From the IMG/VR virus record IMGVR_UViG_3300045995_000154: a DNA stretch of 56,687 nt; one strand, given 5' to 3'. A program made the translations under genes and the position numbers. Source of the DNA: an uncultured virus (IMG/VR IMGVR_UViG_3300045995_000154). Lineage: Duplodnaviria > Heunggongvirae > Uroviricota > Caudoviricetes. This document shows, piece by piece, positions 10,860 to 17,957 of the stretch. Under the pieces are notes generated by a model. The model did no database searches. It was not told the origin of the DNA and saw nothing but the letters and a program-made list of their open reading frames with translations. Each line of letters begins with the position of its first letter. Position 1 is the first letter of the stretch.

Positions 10860-11186
10860 TTAGATACCCACTGAGCTAACTGTGAAAACTAACGCTCCCG
10901 CTATTGAAGCTTTGGCCCATATAGAGTCACCGTTACCTAATACCATACGCTCTTGATCGACTATGTATGAATCGCCTGCCGTAATTTCAATTTCACTATA
11001 AATTAATGTTGTCGCGTCTGCTGAACGACCTGCCGGCACTGCATACACGCTTAGTGTTAACGTTTGGGGCGTACCTGCAATATTTGTGTTATTGCAAGCT
11101 TGAATGCAAGTTAATGCCACACCTTCAGTAGGAGTGCCCGCAATAATGCTTGTCGGAGTGATTGGTAATAATACGCTTGTTAACAT
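10860..11186 (-). CDS. Small beta-rich putative structural protein
   Basis: 108-aa ORF, AAGGA RBS, 1-nt gap to next gene. Confidence 0.7.
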   Translation of the reverse strand: MLTSVLLPITPTSIIAGTPTEGVALTCIQACNNTNIAGTPQTLTLSVYAVPAGRSADATTLIYSEIEITAGDSYIVDQERMVLGNGDSIWAKASIAGALVFTVSSVGI

Positions 11187-11195
11187 TGTTGTTCC

Positions 11196-11879
11196 TTATC
11201 TGAAAATCAAAGCATAAGCAATTGCCTTAGCTTTGGTTATTAATTCTTCTTGCACTGGGTTGGCTGGGTTAGTTGTTACATATAAGCCGGCGCCACCATT
11301 TTGCGGTTCTTGTGAGTAGATTACAGTATGATCTGTAATAGCCGACGGAACGACAGGAGTATTTTGAATTGCAATGCCCGAACCGTAAGTGCCAGCAGGG
11401 ATTAAATTTCCTGCACTCATACCAAATATAACTACTTCATTGTTTGAACTAAAAATAGTGCGGCCCAATACATCTAGATTTGCACCTAGTTGCGGGTTTA
11501 AGTCATCAATCAACGCAAACGATGCACCTGAGCTGGTTATGGTAGAAATGCCACCCCAAGTTGTACCGTCGTTAGTTAGTTCCCAACGTGCAGGGCCTGT
11601 GGGTCTGTTTTCATTCCAACGAATTGCAGTTCTGGCTAGTGACCCACGATCTACGTCGATACCAGCTGTGCCCAATGTAACGCCTGCTGCGGTCTCACCT
11701 GCATTCAGGGTGATAAAATTATCAGACACAGCACTATTATTAGATGTAATTTCACTTACATTACCAATGACATTCAGGTTGCCGTGAATCGTCATTGTAT
11801 CCACAGTCACAATGAGATTACCAGTAGCGTCTGCCGCGGTAATACTATAATCGCCGTTATATCTAATGCCTTTACTCAT
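11196..11879 (-). CDS. Putative fibre/structural protein (227 aa)
   Basis: GNLNVIG..DNFITLNAGE..AGIDVDRG..RWNE motif resembles the fibre module in the giant gene; TAAATA at 11902-11907. Confidence 0.7.
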   Translation of the reverse strand: MSKGIRYNGDYSITAADATGNLIVTVDTMTIHGNLNVIGNVSEITSNNSAVSDNFITLNAGETAAGVTLGTAGIDVDRGSLARTAIRWNENRPTGPARWELTNDGTTWGGISTITSSGASFALIDDLNPQLGANLDVLGRTIFSSNNEVVIFGMSAGNLIPAGTYGSGIAIQNTPVVPSAITDHTVIYSQEPQNGGAGLYVTTNPANPVQEELITKAKAIAYALIFR

Positions 11880-11926
11880 GGGTAATTCTTCCGTTATTAG
11901 ATATTTATGCTGATAAAAAAGTCGTG

Positions 11927-11954
11927 AAAAAGCGACCCTAAAGTCGCCCTTTTC
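11927..11954 (-). terminator. Intrinsic terminator
   Basis: Minus strand GCGAC-TTTAGG-GTCGC followed by TTTTT, directly after stop of 11955 gene. Confidence 0.7.
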
Positions 11955-12425
11955 TTAGTAAGATGCTACGTTAGCGTAAGCTGATGTAGCTGGGGTGTTA
12001 ACCTTGTACATAAACTTGTTGCCTGCGAAGTCATAAACGTGCTTTGTGCTGATACGACGAGCGTAGAAAGGTGCGCTTGCTGTGTCGTAACAAGCAATGC
12101 TTGCTTCGCCTGCTGCTAATGCGCCAGCGGCTTTGTTTACAAGTTGAACTACAGTGATATGAGTACCTGCTGCTGCGGAATCATCAACTAAGAACTTTGC
12201 AGAACCCTTTTGATTGATAACGAAGCCGTGTGCAACTGCTACACCAGCCAATGTCTTGTATTGTACGTCTATTGTCTTAACGCCCTTGCCGTTAACTGTG
12301 TTACTAACGCCACCCGTACCACCAAAACCAGACGCTTGACCTTGGTCTGCGCTGACTAAGCCGTCTACTGTGCTGCCCAATGGTGCTGCTGGTGCTTGAT
12401 TTGCTACTTTAATACCTTTTGCCAT
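11955..12425 (-). CDS. Putative abundant late structural protein (156 aa; probable start 12425 rather than 12488)
   Basis: AAGGAAAATAAA-ATG start MAKGIKVANQ; own late promoter (12505-12510) and own terminator. Confidence 0.7.
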   Translation of the reverse strand: MAKGIKVANQAPAAPLGSTVDGLVSADQGQASGFGGTGGVSNTVNGKGVKTIDVQYKTLAGVAVAHGFVINQKGSAKFLVDDSAAAGTHITVVQLVNKAAGALAAGEASIACYDTASAPFYARRISTKHVYDFAGNKFMYKVNTPATSAYANVASY

Positions 12426-12504
12426 TTTATTTTCCTTTGTTGTGAGCGTTCTAAGCCCCGCGGAGTGGCTACTCGCACGAGCTCTCATTTAAGAGCGAAC
12501 CAGA

Positions 12505-12510
12505 TATTTA
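12505..12510 (-). promoter_or_regulatory. Late promoter TAAATA
   Basis: Upstream of the structured leader of the 11955-12425 gene. Confidence 0.6.
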
Positions 12511-12520
12511 GCCATTTATG

Positions 12521-12549
12521 TTTACAGAATAATGCATTTAATGTACACT
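12521..12549 (+). promoter_or_regulatory. Sigma70-type (early) promoter for tRNA
   Basis: TTTACA-N17-TACACT, ending 8 nt before tRNA position 1. Confidence 0.6.
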
Positions 12550-12557
12550 GGATCTAT

Positions 12558-12634
12558 GCGTTATTAGCTCATTTGGTTAGAGCGGCGACTTCTAAACTCG
12601 ACGGTGCTCGGTTCGAATCCGGGATAACGCACCA
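12558..12634 (+). tRNA. tRNA with CUA anticodon (putative amber suppressor), encoded CCA
   Basis: Acceptor GCGTTAT/ATAACGC + A73 + CCA; D arm GCTC-ATTTGGTTA-GAGC; G26; anticodon arm GCGAC-TT CTA AA-CTCGA (CTA at 12592-12594, only central CGA/TCG pairs); 5-nt variable loop; T arm CTCGG-TTCGAAT-CCGGG. Confidence 0.85.
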
Positions 12635-12643
12635 AAGGACACT

Positions 12644-13036
12644 ATGAAAATTGGATTTACTGGTTCGAGAGAAGGAATGAGTGATTCCCAAGTCGAAAGC
12701 TTTTACATGCTTCTCGGTAAAATGGGTATGACTGAGTTTCATCATGGTGATTGCATGGGCGCAGACGCTGAGGCACACATGATAGTCCAAAACTCGTTCC
12801 CAGATGCCAGAATCGTAGTTCACCCACCAAAAGCACAGATAGCTCGTGCATATTGTGTGGGTGATGAGTTAAGACCCCAATTTGATTACTTGACGCGGGA
12901 CAAGAACATCGTAGATGAATGCGAGTTTTTGTTTGCTGCCCCAATGCGCAGCGTAGAAGAAGTACGATCTGGTACTTGGGCTACTGTGCGCTATGCTAGG
13001 AAAAAGTTTCGTCTGCACGTCGTGCTGCCGAGATAA
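12644..13036 (+). CDS. SLOG-superfamily (Smf/DprA/YspA-like) nucleotide-binding protein
   Basis: KIGFTGSR, HHGDCMGAD, RDKNIVD and SGTWATVRYARK motifs; AAGGA RBS immediately after tRNA CCA. Confidence 0.7.
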   Translation: MKIGFTGSREGMSDSQVESFYMLLGKMGMTEFHHGDCMGADAEAHMIVQNSFPDARIVVHPPKAQIARAYCVGDELRPQFDYLTRDKNIVDECEFLFAAPMRSVEEVRSGTWATVRYARKKFRLHVVLPR

Positions 13037-13116
13037 ATATTTTTGTTACTCGGTTGTAGCAAATCTGGACTTTAATAAATTGTGCTTGTAGTCCAAAGCA
13101 GTAAAAAGGAAACATA

Positions 13117-14001
13117 ATGATGTACAATCAAAAGCTCGTTGCGAGCCTAAAAGCTAACGGCAAAATCTTACGTGAGTTCAAGGATACAGTTTATATCCCA
13201 TTCGGCTCAGAATACTCCATAGTTCTTAAAAATCTCAACACGGTCCGCGCCATCGTAAACATTACGCTTGACGGTACTGATGTCTGTCCTGGCGGCTTAG
13301 TGCTGCTCGCAGGACAAACCATTGATTTGGAACGCTGGATCAAGAACGGCAACCTCTCAGCAGGCAATAAGTTCAAATTCATTGAGCGCACTGCACAAAT
13401 CGAAGCACATAAGGGCATTGGTATCGAAGACGGTATCATCAACATCTCGTATCAGTTCGAACACCTACCAATTACATTCGCTGGAACTACGATTTGGGAC
13501 TACCAACAAAACGTGTGGAAGCAGCAACATACTGGCTTGCGCCAAGATGGAATGATTTTCAAGGGACTAGGTAACACCATCTCCCAAGTTAACAATGCAC
13601 AATGGAGCAGCGGTGACGCCACCTTCAGCAGCAATGAGCCAGTACCATTCAAGTCGAGCATTGCTCGCAGTGTACTTGCGTCTGGTGCTTCCGCATCCGT
13701 TACCAATGCATCGTTGAACAATGTGACTGCGCAAGCACAGAACGTAAGCTATAACGATGCTGGCATCACCGTTGCTGGTTCCAAGAGCGATCAAAAGTTT
13801 GCTACTGCAAGCTGGTTCCCAGTGCTGCCAGAAAAGCATTCCATTGTGCTTAAACTGTTGGGTGAAACCCCTGACAATAAGCCCGTGCTGCTACCAGTTA
13901 CAGTAAAAGCAAAGCCAAAGTGCACTACTTGCGGCAAAATGAACAAAGCGAATGCAAAATTTTGTACAGAATGCGGCACAGCACTTGAAATCTTCGCGTA
14001 A
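13117..14001 (+). CDS. Hypothetical protein with C-terminal zinc ribbon (CTTC...CTEC)
   Basis: 294-aa ORF, AAGGA RBS, TAAATA at 13034-13039; KCTTCGKMNKANAKFCTECGTAL. Confidence 0.8.
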   Translation: MMYNQKLVASLKANGKILREFKDTVYIPFGSEYSIVLKNLNTVRAIVNITLDGTDVCPGGLVLLAGQTIDLERWIKNGNLSAGNKFKFIERTAQIEAHKGIGIEDGIINISYQFEHLPITFAGTTIWDYQQNVWKQQHTGLRQDGMIFKGLGNTISQVNNAQWSSGDATFSSNEPVPFKSSIARSVLASGASASVTNASLNNVTAQAQNVSYNDAGITVAGSKSDQKFATASWFPVLPEKHSIVLKLLGETPDNKPVLLPVTVKAKPKCTTCGKMNKANAKFCTECGTALEIFA

Positions 14002-14018
14002 TTGTGCTAGACTAAATA
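13985..14018 (+). promoter_or_regulatory. Overlapping sigma70-type (TTGAAA-N17-TAGACT, extended -10 TG) and late (TAAATA) promoters
   Basis: TTGAAA 13985-13990, TG 14005-14006, TAGACT 14008-14013, TAAATA 14013-14018; both would initiate at or near ATG 14023. Confidence 0.55.
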
Positions 14019-14022
14019 CATA

Positions 14023-14130
14023 ATGCAATAGATTAACTATTACCCTTTTAGCCCGGACCAGAGCTTCCAATTAGAGGAAGAGTTCTCGTACGGGCTTTTT
14101 TACGATCATTTTAACCAAGGAGAAATCAAA
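14023..14130 (+). promoter_or_regulatory. Leaderless amber-interrupted leader ORF (MQ*INYYPFSPDQSFQLEEEFSYGLFYDHFNQGEIK), in frame with pth2-like gene
   Basis: ATG CAA TAG at 14023-14031, then 33 sense codons to ATG 14131 (offset 108 nt). Confidence 0.6.
14050..14101 (+). terminator. Terminator/attenuator-like hairpin within the pth2 leader
   Basis: AGCCCG(14050-55)/CGGGCT(14091-96) base stem, inner AGAGC/GTTCT and TTCC/GGAA pairings, T-run 14096-14101. Confidence 0.6.
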
Positions 14131-14505
14131 ATGAAATAGATAGACGGCAAACACTACTGCTACACCTTTATTCGCTCGGACTTACCAATCGAGACTCAAA
14201 TTGTGCAAGCTGCCCATTCCGCACAGGAATCCGGGCGGGATTTCAAGAATCGAAATCCAACAACAAACACGTTCCTAGTATTACTAGAGGCTAAGAACGA
14301 AGCAGCGTTGATGAAGGCCGGTGATCACTTGATCAACAACGGCATTAAATTTCACATGTTCCACGAGCCTGACTATGAGACAGGGTTTACAAGTCTTACG
14401 ACTGAACCTATCTACTACGAAGAGCAAAAGGAAATTTTCAAGAAGTTTAGTTTGTACAAATTCCGTGCAAGCAAAGCATACAGCATAATGGATAAAGGAG
14501 AATAA
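14131..14505 (+). CDS. pth2: Pth2-superfamily peptidyl-tRNA hydrolase-like protein with in-frame TAG at codon 3
   Basis: AAGGAGA RBS then ATG AAA TAG ATA GAC..., in frame with the 14203 ORF. Readthrough gives MK*IDGKHYCYTFIRSDLPIETQIVQAAHSAQE...LVLLEAKNEAAL...FHEPDYETGFTSLTTEP...FKKFSLY, i.e. the R.DL...Q..H, VL....E..L and EPD....T....P pattern of Pth2-like proteins. The track's GTG start would delete the RSDL strand. Confidence 0.8.
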
Positions 14506-14506
14506 A

Positions 14507-15079
14507 ATGGAAATGGTTTGTAAAGAAGTTGTGTTTCACTTCAACAAGAAGCACTTAGAAGACCCCACTATCCCAATGTGGGTTATCAAAACTAAAGGCA
14601 AAACATACTACGTCGAGCACGTTGAATGTAACATGCCTTGGAGCACTAAAGAGACTAAGGATAACCCGCACACCAAAGGTAGCTTTAAGTTCAAGGACTG
14701 TCACTTGACGATAGACGACAATAACGAGGCGACAATACGTTCTGCGACGAATCACGATAAGAGTGTTTTGCGCAATACCGCTAAGGGCATTACCCGTGTT
14801 ATTACTAAGTGGGGCAAGCAGTTGCAGGACTCGTTACAAAGCTTAGAGGTTAAGCATGGGCCCATAAAAACTATTGGTGGTGTTTGCACTACTACTTTCT
14901 ATGTAACTGATGTACACAAGAAGGATGAGTTGACTGCACTGTTGCTCACTGTAAAGGACTTGCGTGAGTTGATGCCGAACGAGCCGTACTATAAAATGTA
15001 TGATGAGGCGGTTACTAAGAACGTTGACTACTTTGACGAGGATGAGTATTATGATGAGTCTGACGATTCCGAAGAGTGA
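14507..15079 (+). CDS. Hypothetical phage protein with acidic tail
   Basis: 190-aa ORF, AAGGAG RBS overlapping the pth2 3' end. Confidence 0.8.
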   Translation: MEMVCKEVVFHFNKKHLEDPTIPMWVIKTKGKTYYVEHVECNMPWSTKETKDNPHTKGSFKFKDCHLTIDDNNEATIRSATNHDKSVLRNTAKGITRVITKWGKQLQDSLQSLEVKHGPIKTIGGVCTTTFYVTDVHKKDELTALLLTVKDLRELMPNEPYYKMYDEAVTKNVDYFDEDEYYDESDDSEE

Positions 15080-15212
15080 CGTAACCGCAGTGCTTAAATA
15101 TTTGCAAGAGAATAAGATTAAGCACTACCCGTTTACCAAATTAGTTAACGGGTACGAGATCACAGTAGAGAAGGATGAGCTTGTTAGCTTCTTACTTTTG
15201 AAGTATACTTAA
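15051..15212 (+). CDS. Small hypothetical protein (~53 aa)
   Basis: GAGG RBS before ATGATG at 15051; stop overlaps the convergent stop of the radical SAM gene. Confidence 0.5.
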   Translation: MMSLTIPKSDVTAVLKYLQENKIKHYPFTKLVNGYEITVEKDELVSFLLLKYT

Positions 15213-17116
15213 GATTGAATCCATATTATCTTTTTGTTCAGGGCAGTTTGGGCATTGGTCCACTGCCCCGTTCCTACATAGTGATGTGTAAAGCTTTTGT
15301 CTGGGTGTATAGGTAAGCGCCATTCGTCGTTGTCTTGCAACGCAAATACAAAGTCTGCATTCCACTCACCGTCATCAGTTATACTAAAGTTGTATGTTGC
15401 ATCGTAACGGTCAACCATCATAACGTCACCAAATGCGACTAAGTCTTCCTCGCGGTTGAAACGCAGTGTAATCTCAAAGCCACCAGCTACTCTATACATT
15501 AGCCGTAAAAATGCCCATATCTCATTCATTAGCGTGTCAGCAAAATTACCAAGATCAGTTTTGATAATGTTGAAGTCAAAATCATCTAGCGTAATATTGT
15601 CTGGCGGGTTAACTAACTTTAGCTTAGATAGTGTATAGTGCGAGTCAATGTCGCGGCGCTGAGTATTGAATAACACGCCGTTATTATAGCAAATGTCTAG
15701 CCAGATATTAAGCAGTTTCATTCTCACAAGCCTGTGCACTTTTGTATTACTCAGATCTTTAGAATACCACCATCCCCAAAACTTGTCGTCCCAATTGCTC
15801 ATGCTGTATTGCTCTCGGTTGAACTCAAAGTCTGTTCCTCTGCTATCGCCCAATGTCATGCCCGTGCTTATTAGATCCATGTAGTTACGGTTGTTCCACA
15901 GTAGTATCAAGCTGTCATTGTGTGCTTTGATGTTCTCATTAGGAAAGCCTACTATCCAGTTAACATGCACAGTAATGCCTGCGTTTTTACAATCGCGCAT
16001 GTTGGCATCTATCTCAGAGACCATAACCTTCTTCTTCATTAAGTCCAGTACTTTTTGTGAGCCGCTTTCAACGCCAAAGCTTAGATAGTGGGCGCCGCTG
16101 TCCTTTAAGTCTTTGAAGTAATCTGCATCCATACGCCCGTCACAGCGTACATACCCCATCCAACTAATATTGAACTGCTTCTCAATGGCGCCTTTTGCAA
16201 ACGTGCGCAACTCTTTGAGATTGCCGTTAACTAAGCTATCAATAAACCATACATAGGTGATACCGTAGTTCTTAATTTGGTCTTCTACTTCGTCCAATAT
16301 GCGGTTAGCTTGGCGGTCTCTAAACTTCCAGAACCAAGTCTCTGTGCAGAAGCTACACTTAGCCACACAGCCGCGGTTGATCTCTGCGCTAACGCCCGTA
16401 CCGTTTGTATACAAAGACAAATCAAATTCGCTGTAGTCAGGGAAAGGCAAGCTATCAATATCAACGCGGGAATCACTGTACGAGGTACCTAGTTTCTTAG
16501 TCTCTGGCAGTACGTTGTTTTCAAAGTTCTCAAGCATGTCTAACAGGATTTGCTCTCCCTCACCAACAACGTAGTAATCAATTTCGTCTATTGCCTCATA
16601 CTCTGGATTGTGGCAGGATGGTCCACCTGCAATAACTAGCACAAATGGCAAGCGTTTCTTAAGTTCACGTATCATCCAATACGTAGGTACTTTGTTTGTG
16701 TCGTAAATGCTAAATCCAACAACGGTAGGATTTGATGCCACAATCTTGTCTAAGTAAGCAGCATAATGAGGCAATGCCGCATCGTGCAATTTGTCTTGGT
16801 AGTTGCCATCGTTCCACCAATAGTAATTGATAGAGTCCCACGCTTTGTCTAAGCCATTAGATTTGAATGTGGTATACAAGTCTACGTTGAAATCAAAGGA
16901 TCTAGTAGCATAGCCTGCTTCTTTAGTTAAGGCAGATAACCTAGCGATGTTATAAGGTGCAAAGTATACGCCCCAACAACCCATCATAACTAGAGTAAGC
17001 CTAGTTTTCCTAGTAACGTTGTGTTCGTATATTACGGGATTTACGTTTTTACGTCGTGGTTTAGCAGTGTTTGCTACCATGGTCTCAGCTGACCATACGT
17101 GTTTGTCTTGTTCCAT
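15209..17116 (-). CDS. Cobalamin-binding-domain radical SAM enzyme (class B-like)
   Basis: VVGFSIY...IAGGP...VVGEGEQ B12-binding domain, LPFPDY, RGCVAKCSFC (CxxxCxxC), FGVESGSQKVLDLMKK, WIVGFPNE; TAAGTA 5 nt before ATG. Confidence 0.9.
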   Translation of the reverse strand: MEQDKHVWSAETMVANTAKPRRKNVNPVIYEHNVTRKTRLTLVMMGCWGVYFAPYNIARLSALTKEAGYATRSFDFNVDLYTTFKSNGLDKAWDSINYYWWNDGNYQDKLHDAALPHYAAYLDKIVASNPTVVGFSIYDTNKVPTYWMIRELKKRLPFVLVIAGGPSCHNPEYEAIDEIDYYVVGEGEQILLDMLENFENNVLPETKKLGTSYSDSRVDIDSLPFPDYSEFDLSLYTNGTGVSAEINRGCVAKCSFCTETWFWKFRDRQANRILDEVEDQIKNYGITYVWFIDSLVNGNLKELRTFAKGAIEKQFNISWMGYVRCDGRMDADYFKDLKDSGAHYLSFGVESGSQKVLDLMKKKVMVSEIDANMRDCKNAGITVHVNWIVGFPNENIKAHNDSLILLWNNRNYMDLISTGMTLGDSRGTDFEFNREQYSMSNWDDKFWGWWYSKDLSNTKVHRLVRMKLLNIWLDICYNNGVLFNTQRRDIDSHYTLSKLKLVNPPDNITLDDFDFNIIKTDLGNFADTLMNEIWAFLRLMYRVAGGFEITLRFNREEDLVAFGDVMMVDRYDATYNFSITDDGEWNADFVFALQDNDEWRLPIHPDKSFTHHYVGTGQWTNAQTALNKKIIWIQS

Positions 17117-17135
17117 ACGAATACTTAGTCAAACA

Positions 17136-17175
17136 AAAAGGGCAGTAGTCATTAACTAAAGCCCGATTTGCCCTT
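17136..17175 (-). terminator. Possible terminator after 17208 gene
   Basis: Minus strand AAGGGCA...TGCCCTT followed by TTTG-TTT; large loop. Confidence 0.4.
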
Positions 17176-17207
17176 CCCATCCCGAGTGGTATACAGTATT
17201 TAGTATA

Positions 17208-17891
17208 TCACCCAAACGATGCTACTTTTGTAAGCTCATTCAAATAAAAGTCACCATGCCGCTTAAGTGCAGGCACTAGTTTTGTTAAGTCTGATGAATC
17301 ACCAGGTATCGTAATACCGTTAATATCACTGCAAGCAATGCACCAAGCTAACCAAAAATCATTTTCCCAGTTTTCAACTATTTCATCCATGTTAATACAC
17401 GTTTGCTTATATTTGTCAATTGCATAAGAAACAAAATCGTATCTAGGAGTGAACGCTATGTTGTGCGAAGATAACACATCAAATAATTGACTCGTAAAAA
17501 GTTGTTTATCACTGAATATATAATCGTAGTTGATATCTATTTTTCGATTTGCCATTTCTTGCTGACGTGTCATTAAGTAATAATTTAAATGGTCAACTAT
17601 TGCATTTAATCTTTCTTGGGCACACGTGACATTGCAGCCATTAACATTGTACACCATTGCATACTTGGTGTAATAGTTCAGTGAAATATTAAAAATTGAT
17701 TTTGGTCCGTGGAGTACGATATCGTTGTTAGTTGCAAAATGCGAGTGCAACATAGATTGCGTTTTTTTTGTATTATGAAAATTAGGCCCGGGGCTTTGTA
17801 AAATTTCATTATTTTCAAGTGCCCACACCACATGGCGCAACCAGGCGCTCCCCGCACCCGGTAATGTTAGTAAGTTAGGTTTATCTGTCAT
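17208..17891 (-). CDS. Hypothetical protein, possible sulfotransferase-like P-loop fold (probable start 17891, leaderless)
   Basis: N-terminal LPGAGSAWLRHVVW and later INYDYIF resemble the paralogues at 32969-34703; TAAGTA-ttat-ATG. Confidence 0.55.
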   Translation of the reverse strand: MTDKPNLLTLPGAGSAWLRHVVWALENNEILQSPGPNFHNTKKTQSMLHSHFATNNDIVLHGPKSIFNISLNYYTKYAMVYNVNGCNVTCAQERLNAIVDHLNYYLMTRQQEMANRKIDINYDYIFSDKQLFTSQLFDVLSSHNIAFTPRYDFVSYAIDKYKQTCINMDEIVENWENDFWLAWCIACSDINGITIPGDSSDLTKLVPALKRHGDFYLNELTKVASFG

Positions 17892-17903
17892 ATAATACTT
17901 AGT

Positions 17904-17935
17904 CATGAAAAAGGGACCGAAGTCCCTTTTTCATG
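17904..17935 (-). terminator. Strong (bidirectional) intrinsic terminator after major capsid gene
   Basis: CATGAAAAAGGGAC-TTCG-GTCCCTTTTTCATG, perfect stem with C(UUCG)G loop on minus strand. Confidence 0.9.
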
Positions 17936-17957
17936 TTGCGTAACAAAAGTCCCAATA

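Noticed and set aside
6413..11787. Plus-strand ORFs opposite the structural genes (e.g. 7751-8545, 9718-10425)
   Set aside because: Shadow ORFs with no independent expression signals
12589..12595. Reading the tRNA as Arg(TCT)
   Set aside because: That register leaves no position 26 and almost no anticodon-stem pairing; the CTA register gives canonical spacing and symmetric CGA/TCG pairs. Not fully excluded without a covariance-model run.
14203..14505. ORF-track start at GTG 14203
   Set aside because: No RBS and it truncates the Pth2-like N-terminal motif; ATG 14131 has AAGGAGA
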